A stretch of 64,000 nt of DNA from an uncultured Chloroflexia bacterium. Lineage in GTDB: Bacteria; Chloroflexota; Anaerolineae; JAAYZQ01. Each line of letters opens with the position of its first letter. Position 1 is the first letter of the stretch. Positions 47,362 through 62,200 of the stretch are shown here, piece after piece. The notes below the pieces were generated by a model. That model was not told the DNA's origin, did not search any database, and was given only the letters and a program-made list of their open reading frames with translations. The stretch spans positions 288,001-352,000 of the forward strand of contig CAVOXA010000014.1 of NCBI GenBank assembly GCA_963700285.1. Reading direction: 5' to 3'. The position numbers were made by a program, and so were the translations under genes.

Positions 47362-48388
47362 TCAAAACAGGCTCGGCTGTGCCGTCTCCTCGAAAGTCGA
47401 TGCCCAGGTGCTCGTAGGCCCGCCGGGTGGCCACGCGGCCACGCGGCGTCCGGTCCAGGAAGCCGAGCTGCAGCAGGTAGGGCTCCACCACGTCCATGAT
47501 GGTGTCCGGCTCCTCCGACAGCGCGGCGCCGATGGTCTCCAGGCCCACCGGCCCGCCGTCGAACTTTTCGATGATCGTGCGCGCAGCACCCGCCGGTCGA
47601 TGTCGTCCAGGCCCAGCGCATCCACCTCCAGCAGCGCCAGGGCATCCCGCGCCACGGCCTGGGTGATGACCCCATCGGCGCGGACCTGGGCATAGTCGCG
47701 CACGCGCTTGAGCAGGCGGTTGGCCACGCGGGGCGTGCCCCGCGCCCGGCGCGCGATCTCGACGACGCCGCTCCTCGTCGATGGCCACATCCAGGATGCC
47801 CGCCGAGCGCGCGGACGATGGTCCGCATCGCCGCCTCGTCGTAGAAGTCCAGGCGGTAGACCGCGCCAAAGCGCGCCCGCAGCGGGGCCGTCATCAGCGC
47901 CAGGCGGGTCGTGGCGCCGACGATGGTGAAGCGGGGCAGCTTGAGGCGGATGCTGCGCGCCCCCGGCCCCTTGCCGATGACAATGTCCAGGGCAAAGTCC
48001 TCCATGGCCGGGTAGAGTACCTCTTCCACGACCCGGCCCAGGCGGTGGACCTCGTCGATGAAGAGCACGTCGCCCTTGTCGCAGGTTGGTCAGGATGGCC
48101 GCCAGATCGCCGGCCCGCTCGATGGCCGGCCCGGCGGTGACCTTGATGCCGACGCCCATCTCGTTGGCCACGACGTGGGCCAGCGTCGTCTTGCCCAGGC
48201 CGGGCGGGCCGTAGATCAGCACGTGGTCCAGCGCCTCGCCCCGCGCCTGTGGCCGCCTCGATGAGGATGCGCAGATTCTCCTTGACCCGGTCCTGGCCGA
48301 TGTACTCGTCCAGGCTCTGGGGGCGCAGGCCGACGTCCAGGCCCACCTCCTCGGTTCGGTTCTTGGGCGACACGATCCGGTCTGCCAT
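47362..48388 (-). CDS. ruvB: Holliday junction branch migration helicase RuvB (several indels)
   Basis: [59 protein letters not shown] and EPYLLQ.GFL.RTPRGR, spread over three frames. Confidence 0.95.
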
Positions 48389-48554
48389 GCTGTCCCTCGC
48401 TGCTTTTGGCTGGCTGCATTATACCAGAGCCTGACCGTTTGGGGAAGTGAAGGGCAGCGTGAAATTGAGACCTGGGCCGGGCAGCCCTCGAGACGAGGGC
48501 CAGGGCCTTTGAACGCGCTCGCGGTCGCGCGACCGCAGCATACAACTCGCGAGT

Positions 48555-48583
48555 TTGACCTCCCCGGGATACTGTGGTATATT
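48555..48583 (+). promoter_or_regulatory. sigma70 promoter, divergent from the ruvB -10 (TGGTATAAT at 48426-48418 on the minus strand)
   Basis: TTGACC-N17-TATATT with an extended -10 TG. Confidence 0.6.
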
Positions 48584-48641
48584 CCTGCATCGGTTGGCGG
48601 CCCTGCCAAGCGCCAGCCCGATTGCAGGGGAGGAGGTTGTT

Positions 48642-49004
48642 ATGAACGTCGCGCCAATTCAAACCCGGCCCAATATCGAAAAGCTGGAAATGGAAAAACT
48701 GGCAATCGAAAACAAGCTGGAACGACTACATGTGGAATTGCGTAGCCTGGCCGAGCCCTCGGCCGACGAGGCCGACGTTGATGCCTACGAACGGGAGAAG
48801 ACATGGGCATTGATCCAGAGGATGCGGCAGAAGCTGCAATCCGTCGAGCGAGCGCTAGCATCGGCTCAAGATGGAACCTATGGCATCTGCGAGGGCTGTG
48901 GGTCGCGCATTGAGCCGGCGCGCCTTCAGATCCTGCCAGAGGCGACGCTCTGTCTCGAATGCCAGCGGGAATTCGAGCGAAAGAACAAAAAGTCATACCG
49001 CTAG
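48642..49004 (+). CDS. TraR/DksA C4-type zinc-finger protein
   Basis: Coiled coil with a DEAD tip, then GTYGICEGC...I..ARL.ILP.ATLCLECQ; GGAGG RBS. Confidence 0.9.
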   Translation: MNVAPIQTRPNIEKLEMEKLAIENKLERLHVELRSLAEPSADEADVDAYEREKTWALIQRMRQKLQSVERALASAQDGTYGICEGCGSRIEPARLQILPEATLCLECQREFERKNKKSYR

Positions 49005-49139
49005 ACCAAAACTGCCAGCCTGACCACAGGTTGCTCGCGGGATCAGTCATAGGCTCAAGCCCTTCGCACTTGCCCGCGCTTGCGCTACCCAGAGCCGGGG
49101 CTTCACCGGCAGCTGCCCTAGCCATAGGCTGATTACCCT

Positions 49140-49168
49140 TTGACAAACGCGATTCGCTGTGCTATAAT
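49140..49168 (+). promoter_or_regulatory. Consensus sigma70 promoter of the nifJ operon
   Basis: TTGACA-N17-TATAAT with an extended -10 TG. Confidence 0.85.
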
Positions 49169-49375
49169 TCCGCCGCTTTTGAGCTAGGCGTTTTTCGTGG
49201 ACGAAACCGCCCGGACGAAACAGCAATCAAGCCAAGAGCGGCTCAATCAACGCCAGGCTCATGAGTCTGGCGTTTTTCTCGGACGCCGGCAGGAAAAAAG
49301 CCGCACGAGCAGTGAGCCGGTTCCAGCCCGGACGCCAAACAAGAATCTGCAATCGCGAATTCCGAATCCGATTAG

Positions 49376-52939
<3,564 letters not shown>

Positions 52940-53033
52940 ACGCAGCGAGCGGACGGCGACGAAAGGCGTGCAGCGCTGGCCTCTATCCTTCGTCGCTCGT
53001 CCGCCGTCAAGAACAGAGAGAAAGGAACGATCC

Positions 53034-54029
53034 ATGGTCGATCTAACGACCAGTTACATGGGCTTGACGCTCAAGAATCCTGTCGTCCCTTCAGCTTCGC
53101 CGCTGTCGTCCAGCCTGGACACCATCAAGCGGATGGAAGATGCTGGCGCCGGCGCCGTGATCCTGCACTCGCTCTTTGAGGAACAGATCGAGTTTGAAGC
53201 AGAAGCACTGGACCACTATCCTGGAGCACGGCACCGACAGCTTTGCCGAGGCGCTCACCTACTTTCCCCAGGTCCACGAATACCGCCGCGAGCCCGACGA
53301 TTATGTCGAGCATATCCGCAAGGCCAAGGAAGCGGTGGACATCCCCATCATCGCCAGCCTGAACGGCGTCAGCCCCGGCGGCTGGACGAGCTATGCCAAG
53401 AAGTTCGAGGAGGCTGGCGCCGATGCGTGTGGAGCTGAACGTCTACTTTATCCCCACCAACTTTCACCTGATGAGCTACGACGTCGAGGATCTTTACGTC
53501 AAGCTGCTCAAGAAGTCAAAGAAGCACGTGAGCATCCCGGTGGCCATGAAGCTCAGCCCCTACTTTAGCGCCATGCCCCACATGGCCTCGATGCTGGATG
53601 CCGAGGGCGCCGACGCCCTGGTGCTGTTCAACCGCTTCTACCAGCCCGACATCGACATCGAAGAGCTGGAAGTGACGCCCAATCTGCATGCTGAGCACGC
53701 CCGTCGAGATGCGCCTGCCTCTGCGCTGGATCGCCATCCTCTACGGGCACTTGGACTGCTCCATGGCCCTCACCAGCGGCATCCACAGCTACCGAGGATG
53801 TCATCAAGGCCGTCATGGTTGGCGCCGACGTCGCCAATGTCTGCTCGGTGCTGCTCAAAGAGGGCGTGGGCAAGATCACCGAACTGGTGGACGGCATGGC
53901 GCGTGGATGGACGAGCACGAATACGAGTCGGTCGAGCAGATGAAGGGCAGCATGAGCCACAAGTCGGTGCCCGAGCCGGCGGCCTTTGAGCGGGCCAACT
54001 ATATGAAGGTGCTCAACAGCTACGAATAG
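53034..54029 (+). CDS. Dihydroorotate dehydrogenase-like protein of the type often found next to nifJ (several indels)
   Basis: [49 protein letters not shown] and FERANYMK.L. Confidence 0.88.
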
Positions 54030-54061
54030 AATAGCACTCCGGATTCCATTCCTTAACGACC

Positions 54062-54103
54062 GCATAGAGGGTAGCTCTGGTCGCCCGGAGCTGCCCTCTA
54101 TGC
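54062..54103 (+). terminator. Hairpin after the nifJ-DHOD genes
   Basis: GCATAGAGGGTAGCTC / GAGCTGCCCTCTATGC, a 16-bp stem with one G-U pair. Confidence 0.55.
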
Positions 54104-54110
54104 CGCCTGT

Positions 54111-54855
54111 GTGGCTGCCTTGAACAGAGATCCATCAAACCTGAAGGACCTGGAGGAAAAGCGCCGGGCCATCCGCCCGCTGCTTGTCGCCCACCGACCC
54201 GGCCGATGCGCTGGCCAGCTACTATGCCCTGTGGCACGATGCGCGGCGCACCCAGATCACACTGCACCGCGACGCCCAGCAGCGCGTCACCGGCTATGTC
54301 ACCGTAAGCCAGACCGGGGTGGACCTCTTTCGCCCTCTCGTCACGCTGCGCGCCCGGGACAAGAAAGCGGTGCCCGACCTGCTCCGCGCTGCGCTATCGC
54401 CCAACCGGCCCTACCAGGTCACCGTTCCTGTCGCACTGGCCCCCTCCCTGCGCGACCAGATGGACTTTTCTCGCTCGAGCCTGAACCGCATCTACATCCT
54501 CGCCCCTTCCCGCTTTCAGCCCATCATCAACGTGCTGGTCCAGCGCGTCGCTGGCGCTGATGGTACGCCCCGGTTCCAGATCGAGTCGCAGGGTCAGATT
54601 GTGGCCATGTCAGGCACCAATTGGCGCTCGCCGACCCATGCAGAGGTTTTCGTCTGGGTCGACGCCAAGGGTCGAGGGAGGGGCTGGGGCAAGTCCGTGG
54701 TCTCGGCCTGTACGGCCACCCTGCTGGAAGAGCGCCTGCGCCCGCTCTACCTGGTAGAGGAGGGCAACCAGGCCTCTATCCGTATTGCGGAAAGTGTGGG
54801 CTATGTGGACACGGATGCCCGCGAGCTGACCGGGGAAAGCCAGTTGAGGCTCTAG
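54111..54855 (+). CDS. GNAT-family N-acetyltransferase (start uncertain; indel near 54184)
   Basis: V...GRGRGWGKSVV acetyl-CoA motif and N.ASIR.AESVGY. Confidence 0.75.
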
Positions 54856-54924
54856 CTCCCGGGATACGCAGCCAGCCAGCTGGGTATCCCGACCTGGACC
54901 GGTTTCGACGCCAGAATCCGGTCC

Positions 54925-57900
54925 TTATGCATCTTTCAGCACATCCACTTCCGTTCCATCCGGCGTGGCGATCCGGTCGCCCTCCAATCGCAGGGACACC
55001 ACCTGTGACACGCTGTCGTCTCCCATCGAGACACCATAGATCGTGTCCGCGGCCTCGATGGTCCTCCGATTGTGGGTAATGATGACAAACTGGGTCTGCT
55101 CGGCCAACTTTTCCAGAGAGCTGCGAAAGCGCCTGACATTTGCTTCGTCGAGCATCGCGTCTACCTCGTCGAGAATGCAAAAGGGCGGAGCACTGACCTC
55201 CAAAAGTGCGAAAACGAGCGCCACAGCCGTGAGCGACCGCTCTCCGCCGGAGAGCAGGGCCAGCGTCTGCTGCCGCCGGCCAGGAGGTTGGGCAATGATC
55301 TCCACGCCGGCGAGGCTGATGTCCTCGGGCTCCGTGAGCACCAGGCGGGCCGAGCCTCCGCCAAAGAGTTGGGTAAAGTTCTCCCGAAAATGCGCGGCTA
55401 CCTGCTTGAAGGTCGCCTGAAACTCTCGGGACATCACCTCATCCAGCTCGACGATGATGTCGCGCAGTCCCTGGGCGGCCTCTTCCAGATCGGCCGTCTG
55501 GGTGGTCAGAAAGGTATGCCGGTCCAGCACCTCGCCATACTCGTCGGGCGCCTGGGGATTCACCGAGCCCATCCGGCGTAGTTGGGCTTTGAGCCCGTGC
55601 AGCTCCTTTTCCAAGCCCTCCGGCAGCGTCTGAACAGAGGGCAGCGCCGAGACCATTTCGCCCAGTGGCAGCGGAGGCTGCTCGGGAAAGCCATCGGTCA
55701 GCTCCATCTCTACCAGGCCAAAATCATCGGTGATCTGCTCTCGCAGCCGATGGAGACGATCCTCAACCCTGCTCAAACTGACCATCGCCTGAGCGTGGCG
55801 GCTCTCCGCATCCCTGAGCCGGGCGCGGTGGGTGGCTTCTTCCTCTTCCCAGCGCTCGCGCTCCGCGTCCAGGTGTCCCAGCTCGGCCTCGGCCGGATCG
55901 ATCCTTTCGGTCAAGGATGCCAGCCAGCCCTGAACTACCGCTTCACGAGATGCCTGGCCCGCGATCTGATCCGCCAGCGCCGCCCGCTCCGAAGCCAAAG
56001 AAGCGATCCGCTGCTGCTTTTCCTCGATCCCTGCCTGAAGCTCTGCCTGCCGCTCGCGCAGGTTGTGCACCGTCGAGCGTCGGTGATCCCTCGTACCGCG
56101 GGCCACCGCCACCGACGTGCGCAAATCCGACAGTCTTTCGTACAGCGCTTCTCCCTGGAGTTCTCCCAGTTCGGCCTCCAGGGACACCATCTGGTTTTCG
56201 GCCGTCCCTTGCTGGGCCTCCAACTGCGCTAACTCTGATCGGAGCGACGCCTCGCGGGCGTCCAGCTCTTTCGCTTCATCGCCAAGCTGTACCATCAGGC
56301 CCTGCCGCCACACCATCTGCTGATTGACGTGCTCGGCATCCCGCTCCAGTTCCCTGCGGTGTCCTTCAAGCCGGGCCGCGGATTGTTCCAGTTGCCGCTG
56401 CCGGTTCGCCACAGCCGCCAGTTGCTCTCGCAGCCGTACCTCATCTCGCTGCGCCTCGGCCAATGATGACGCGAACTCCTGGCGGGTTCCCTGCGCGGCT
56501 TCACACCGGGCAGGCAGCTCGCGCCACTCTCGCTCGCGGGCCAGAACCTGACCCCGCACCTGATTGTCTCCGTGTCCGCCCGTCACCGATCCGCTTGAGC
56601 GCAGGATGTCTCCACCCAGGGTGACGATCTGGAAGCCGCCTCGAAGCCGGTCAAAGATGCTGCGCGCAGCCTTCAGGTCCTCCGCGATGATAGTCCGGCC
56701 CAAAAGCATCTCGACCACCGGCGCCAGGCGCGGCTGGGACTCGATCAAATCGGCCGCCACCCCAACGGCCCCTGGCCCGCCTGGGAGTTTTCAGGCGGCC
56801 GCTGGATCGCACCGTATCCAGCGGCAGGAAGGTCACCCGCCCCCGCTTGTTCTCCTTCAGGTAGGCGATGGCCGTGCTCGCAGCGGACCACGATTCCACG
56901 ACTATGTCCTGCAGATGGCCGCCCAGGGCCACTTCGATGGCAACCTCGTATGCTGCCGGCACGTGGACAAGCTGGGCCACAGTCCCGATCACACCGGAGA
57001 GAGAAGGGTCTGCGGCGCTCTGCTTCTCAGAAGCGAAGCGGCTGCCCGCCCGCAGTACGGCTCGAACTCCCGCGTGAAGCCCCTCGCCTTCAGATCTAAG
57101 GCGGGTGAGCAGATCCAGGCGATCCTGCAAGCGCTCGGCTGTTGCCTGGGCCCCGGCCAGTGCGGTACGCAACTCCGCCTGGAGCCCCTGCAGGTCGGCC
57201 ATCTCGCCGACGAGACGCGTGTCCTCCGCCGCCAGGGTCTCAACCTCGGCCCGCAGCAGGATCTGCTCTTTCTCGACGGCTCTCACGTGCGCAACGAACT
57301 CGCTGGCCTTGACTTTGTGCGCCTCAATGGCTGCATTGTGGTCGCTGCGCTCTCTCCCCAGGACCTGCCGGCGCTCCGCGAGCTGCTCCAAGCGGTTGCG
57401 ACGATCGCTGGCCCGGGTCGCCCGCTCGATTGCCCGAGACTGGGCTTCGGCCACCTGCTGCAGAAGGTCAGCCCGCTGCTTCTCGTGAGCGTCCAGCTCG
57501 GCCTGGGCGCTGGACACCAGGGCTTGCTGCTCTGCAAGCTCTGCCTGCGCATCGGCCAGATCTTGCTCGGCAGTGCCGACGCGCTCGGCTGAGGCCAGCA
57601 ATTGGACCTCTTGCTCGACCTGCTCCAGGGAGAGCTCATCGTGGCGGCCCGAAAGCAGGCGATCGCGTTCCTGCCACACGGCCAGATCCCGCAGGACCTC
57701 TTCCATCTGGCCATGCAGCTCGCTGCTCTCCTTGTGCCAGGCGCCCAGTTGCTCGCGAAGCTGGGACTGCCGGAGGCGCAGGGCGGCCATGCCCTCCTCC
57801 AGCTCATCGAGCACGGAACGACGATGGTCCAGGACCACCTCGCGCCGATTCAGCGCATCGCGGGCGCGTTGCAGGTCCAACTGCCCCTGCCGCCAGCGGA

Positions 57901-58606
57901 AGCCGTACCAGATGCGCAACAGGCCCTCAAGCTCTCTGCTCAGCAGGGCATGGCGCTCGGCCTTCTCCGCTTCGCGCTCCAGCCGGCGGAGGCGCGGCGC
58001 GATCTCGTTGATGATGTCATTGACGCGCACCAGGTTGCCCCGCGTCTCTTCCAGGCGCCCCAGGGCGTCGGCCCGCTTGGATTGGTAGAGGGAGATGCCG
58101 GCCGCCTCTTCAAAGAGCGCGCGCCTGTCCTCCGGGCGCAGACTAAGGACGGCGTCAACCAGGCCCTGGCCGATCACCGTATAGCCGCGCTGGCCGAGGC
58201 CAGATGACGCCAGGAGCTCGTTGATATCCCGCAGCCGGACGCGGCTCCCGTTCAGCAGGTACTCGTTCTCACCGGAGCGGTAGGCACGCCGCGTGATCGT
58301 CACCTCCGCAAAGTCGATGGGCAACCAGCCATCGGTATTGTCCAGGGTGATGGAAGCATAGGCCATACCCAGGCGCGCGCGCTGGGCGCTGCCGGAAAAG
58401 ATCATGTCCTCCGTGCGCTTGCCCCGCAGCGAGCGATAGCTCTGCTCGCCCAGCACCCAGCGGATGGCATCGGCAATGTTGCTCTTGCCGCTGCCGTTGG
58501 GTCCGACGATGGCCGTGATCCCACCATCAAAGACAAACTCGGTACGGAGTGCAAAAGTCTTGTAGCCCTGCAGTTCCAGATGCTTGAGTCGCAAAACCCT
58601 ACCCAT
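54925..58606 (-). CDS. smc: Chromosome segregation protein SMC (frameshift near 56790)
   Basis: [15 protein letters not shown], hinge GRVTFLPL and LLGR...GSVTGG, LSGGE, and [10 protein letters not shown]...ITH. Confidence 0.95.
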
Positions 58607-58649
58607 GGAAGATCTTGGTTATCACCGATTCCTAGCAGCCTCACGGCAT

Positions 58650-58677
58650 ATTATACGGATTTTCCAGGTGATGTCAA
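58650..58677 (-). promoter_or_regulatory. sigma70 promoter of smc
   Basis: TTGACA-N16-TATAAT. Confidence 0.7.
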
Positions 58678-58759
58678 TCACAAGCTGGCCGCCGATTGGC
58701 AGTCAGAACGCCTGTCCGCAACTGTAGGACAAGATGGTATCTTGTGCAAAGTCGCAGAT

Positions 58760-59674
58760 CTACAGAATACCGCCCTCCACCAGAATGTCCCGCAGCAGGC
58801 CGCGTTCCTCATCCCCAAGCTCAAGCAGCGGCATGCGTACAGGCCCGCCATAATAGCCCAGCATCTCCAGCGCCGCCTTCAGGCCGGGGATGCCGAAACG
58901 GGCCGTGACCGAGGCGTTGACCGGCAGCATCTGCCGCTGGAGTTCCGCCGCTTCAGCCCATTGCCCCGCCTGGAAGAGGCGATAGATCTCGATGCTCTGA
59001 GCCGGGGCGATGTTGGCCAGGGCCAAAATGCCGCCCACCGCTCCCACGGCCAGTCCGGCAAAGAAAAATGCCGCCGAGCCGGCGATCATCTGAAACCCGG
59101 GTTCCGCCAGCCGCACGATATCGGCCATTTTGGCGATATTGCCCCCAGTTTCCTTCAGGCCAACGATGTTGGGATGCTGGCCGGCCCGGGCGATGGCTCC
59201 CGCCTCCATGTCAATGCCGGTGAACTTGGGCACGTTGTAGATCATTACCGGGATCGGTGAGGCGTGCGCCAGGACCTCATAGTGGCGCACCAGCGCCTCG
59301 GACGTCATCATGCCGCCAAAATAGTGGGGCGTCACGGCCAGCGCCACGTCTGCGCCGGCTTCCGCCGCCCGGCGGGTGAGGGTGATGGTCTCTGACGTCG
59401 ACTCGGCCCCGGTTCCGGCGATCAGCAGCTTGCCCGGCGAAATGACCTTCCGGGCTGTTTCCCAGACACTCGCCTTCTCTTCCTCGGTGCAGAGTACGGA
59501 CTCCCCGTTGGAGCCCATGACGACATAGCCGGCCAGATCGTACTCGTTCCAGCGCTCCAGGTTCCCGGTCAAGGCCCCGCAGTCGACCGTCCCTTTTTCG
59601 TCAAAGGGGGTGGGAATGGGTGGAAATACGCCCGCAAGTGAGACCGGCCCTTGGGGATTCATCGCTTCGTACAT
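58760..59674 (-). CDS. DapA/NAL-family aldolase, 4-hydroxy-2-oxoglutarate aldolase-like
   Basis: GVFPPIPTPF, GSNGE (rather than the GTTGE of DapA), IYNVP, Schiff-base Lys in HPNIVGLKET; AGGAGG RBS. Confidence 0.85.
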   Translation of the reverse strand: MYEAMNPQGPVSLAGVFPPIPTPFDEKGTVDCGALTGNLERWNEYDLAGYVVMGSNGESVLCTEEEKASVWETARKVISPGKLLIAGTGAESTSETITLTRRAAEAGADVALAVTPHYFGGMMTSEALVRHYEVLAHASPIPVMIYNVPKFTGIDMEAGAIARAGQHPNIVGLKETGGNIAKMADIVRLAEPGFQMIAGSAAFFFAGLAVGAVGGILALANIAPAQSIEIYRLFQAGQWAEAAELQRQMLPVNASVTARFGIPGLKAALEMLGYYGGPVRMPLLELGDEERGLLRDILVEGGIL

Positions 59675-59712
59675 TGGTATTCTTCCTCCTGTGAGATGTC
59701 CCTATTCTGCTC

Positions 59713-59821
59713 GCCTCCGGTCCGTGACCGGAGGCACAACCACTTGCTATACTCAAACAGGCCAGGTCACGGACCTGGCCCGAGCCCGGCTCCCCCTTGC
59801 TCGCTGCAGGTCCGTGACCGG
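59713..59821. repeat. Cluster of GGTCCGTGACC palindromic repeats
   Basis: Hairpin GCCTCCGGTC/GACCGGAGGC (59713-59735) plus the inverted pair GGTCACGGACCTG (59765) / CAGGTCCGTGACC (59807). Confidence 0.65.
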
Positions 59822-59861
59822 CAGCTTACTCATAGAGCGCTTTCCACCGCCTGCTCCACTG

Positions 59862-61346
59862 CTACGGCAGCCACTTGGGCAGCACCGCCTCATCGCTGAC
59901 TGCGCGGGCCTGGCCCAGGGCAAAGTCAAAGATCCAGACCGAGACCTCGGGCACGACCTGAGGGCCCTGTGATAGATCGGTCCGCGCGTAGGCCAGCGCC
60001 CCGCCATCCGGCCGCCAGGCAAAAGCATAGCGGTCGGCCATCGCCTCGGCTGGCAGGCCGTAGGCTTCGCTGGCGTCGGGCCGGGTCAGCCAGATCTGCC
60101 GGCCCGGCGTCCACCGCTCGTCATCCAGGAACTGGCGTCCCAGCGCGATCCAGCCGCCGCCAGGTGACCAGGCAGGCGTAGTGTCCTTGACAAAGTCATC
60201 GTCGCCGCTGATGTCCGATAGGTGTTCGTCAGCCAGGTCGATGCGCACCAGGCGTACAACCAGCTCCTCGCCGGCCAGCATCAGCTCCGGCAGCACCAGA
60301 CTGCCGCCATCAGGCGCCCACGCGGGCGATGCGCCCCACTCATTGGCGAACTGCTGCAATTCGCCCGTATCCAGGTCATAGACCTCCACGCCCGGTAAGG
60401 TCGGGCTCGTGTAGGCCAGGCGCCGGCCCGCGGGCGCCCACTGCGGCGAGTGGAGCGCGACCTCATAGTCAAACAGCGGCAGATCCTCCCCCTCCTCCAG
60501 GTCCAGGAGCCAGATGCGGCCTGCGTTGGGATCCAGGTTGGGCGCGCCGGCCCAGATGTCGCGCCGCTCGTAGGCCAGTGTCTCGCCGTCGGGTGCCCAG
60601 GCCGGGTCCAGGCAGGCCGCCTCGGGACAGGCCAGCAGGAGCCGCTGCTCGCTGCCGTCCCGGTCCATGCGCCACAGGTCGGCGCCGCCATCCTCGCGCA
60701 GCACGCTGTAGACGATGCCCACGCCCTGGGGATGCACCGCATAGTCCCACACCCCCTGCGGATGGTCCGTGAGCTGCCGGGGCGCATCCTCGAACGCGGC
60801 AACGAAGAGCTGGCGACCGTCTGCACCAGGCTCAGGCCAGCCTAGGTAGAGCAGTTGCGGCTCGCGGGTGCGAAACCGCCAGCCAAACTCCCTGGCCAAC
60901 TGGCGGTCACTCTGGCTGCGGATGCCCGCCTCCAGGGTGACCGTATAGCTGGCTCCGGGTTCTAGCGCCCTGTCTGCCACAAAAAGGGCCTCGTCGCCTT
61001 CGACCAGCCAGCTTCCGTCCACCTCGGGCTCGATGCGGGCACGCGCTTCGAGGCTGGCAGCGTCGGCCTCCCGGGAAAAGACCACGCGAATGGGTGCGGT
61101 GATGGCCGCCTGCTGCTCGTCTTCTGCCGGCCAAACCTGAACGACGCGCATATCGGCCGAAACGACGGCGATGGCCGCGGCCAGGAGACCGGCGCAAGCC
61201 AGCGCCAGCATAAGCCACACGGTCCAGGGTAATCTGAACCGACGCAGAGTCACTGTCTCAGGCGCGCTGCCACCCGGCGTGTGTCCAGCCTTTGCCGATA
61301 GGTTGTGCGCGTTGTGATTACGCACAGACTCCTGGTGGGTGCCCAT
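59862..61346 (-). CDS. Membrane-anchored Ig-like (SbsA/Big_5) plus TolB/PD40-like beta-propeller protein (start uncertain)
   Basis: N-terminal TM helix; P....I.V.FS...L.PG.SYTVTL.AGI...W.F.T; repeated P.W(A/S)PDG..LAY. Confidence 0.75.
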   Translation of the reverse strand: MGTHQESVRNHNAHNLSAKAGHTPGGSAPETVTLRRFRLPWTVWLMLALACAGLLAAAIAVVSADMRVVQVWPAEDEQQAAITAPIRVVFSREADAASLEARARIEPEVDGSWLVEGDEALFVADRALEPGASYTVTLEAGIRSQSDRQLAREFGWRFRTREPQLLYLGWPEPGADGRQLFVAAFEDAPRQLTDHPQGVWDYAVHPQGVGIVYSVLREDGGADLWRMDRDGSEQRLLLACPEAACLDPAWAPDGETLAYERRDIWAGAPNLDPNAGRIWLLDLEEGEDLPLFDYEVALHSPQWAPAGRRLAYTSPTLPGVEVYDLDTGELQQFANEWGASPAWAPDGGSLVLPELMLAGEELVVRLVRIDLADEHLSDISGDDDFVKDTTPAWSPGGGWIALGRQFLDDERWTPGRQIWLTRPDASEAYGLPAEAMADRYAFAWRPDGGALAYARTDLSQGPQVVPEVSVWIFDFALGQARAVSDEAVLPKWLP

Positions 61347-61561
61347 AGGCAGCCATTGTATCACGGCACCCGACCAGGCGTCAAAGCGCAGGGGGGTTCA
61401 AACGTTCTCAAACAAGTCGGTCGCGCAGTATAGAACCCGCGTGGTGCCAAGCCAGGTGACCGCGAACCCTCCACTGGGGCAGGGGCCTCGGAACTCCAAT
61501 AGCCGAGACTCTTTGTCGCTCGCTGCGATCTCTCCTCAGAATGACAACTGCGGCAACAGGA

Positions 61562-62200
61562 CTAAGCGATCGGGCCCACTCCTACGTTGAAGATGCCGAA
61601 CAGCAACAGAAGCACCGCCAATACCTGGAGCGCCAACCGCACCTTGGCTACCGAGAAATTGCGCGAAATCCCGACGAGAAACAGCGCCAGCGCCAGGAAG
61701 AGCGTGTTGCGCATATAGTACGCCGCATTGTCGGCTGCTTCGCGCACCTTCTGCTGCAGCTCGCCGGCCTCCTCCTGCAGATCGTTTGCGGCCTGCCTGC
61801 GGGCCGGGGCGTATTCAGCCATGGCAAAAGGCGAAGAGGGTGCTTCTGGATTTTTGAGAGGCTCAAGGCCAACCCAGGCTTCAAAGGCTGGCTTGAATTC
61901 CTCGCGAAACCGGCTGCGATAGAAATCGGCCAACGGCTGGTTCTCTGTACTGACGGCCTCCAGCCAACTGGTGAAGGTGATCACGTCAACCAGCGAATCC
62001 TGGCCACCCTGAGTCGACACGCGGGTGCTCTCCAACAGCTTGGCCACCACGGCGTTGCCGGTGATCGCCTGAATGCGGCTCCATTGGGCCGCCTCGTAAC
62101 TGCTCCAGGCAGTCAACACGCTGGCCAGCGAAAGGATGATGGCCGCGGCAACTTCCAGCCGTCTTGAGGACCTGTCGGAGGATTCGGCAGACATGCTCAT
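61562..62200 (-). CDS. Membrane protein (DUF4337-like: TM, helical segment, 2 TM)
   Basis: LSLASVLTAWSSYEA..W and two C-terminal TM helices; ATGA overlap with the corrected upstream stop. Confidence 0.7.
   Translation of the reverse strand: MSMSAESSDRSSRRLEVAAAIILSLASVLTAWSSYEAAQWSRIQAITGNAVVAKLLESTRVSTQGGQDSLVDVITFTSWLEAVSTENQPLADFYRSRFREEFKPAFEAWVGLEPLKNPEAPSSPFAMAEYAPARRQAANDLQEEAGELQQKVREAADNAAYYMRNTLFLALALFLVGISRNFSVAKVRLALQVLAVLLLLFGIFNVGVGPIA

Noticed and set aside
58760-59674. dapA (lysine biosynthesis)
   Set aside because: The GSNGE motif and the absence of neighbouring dap genes point to another NAL-superfamily aldolase, so no symbol was assigned.
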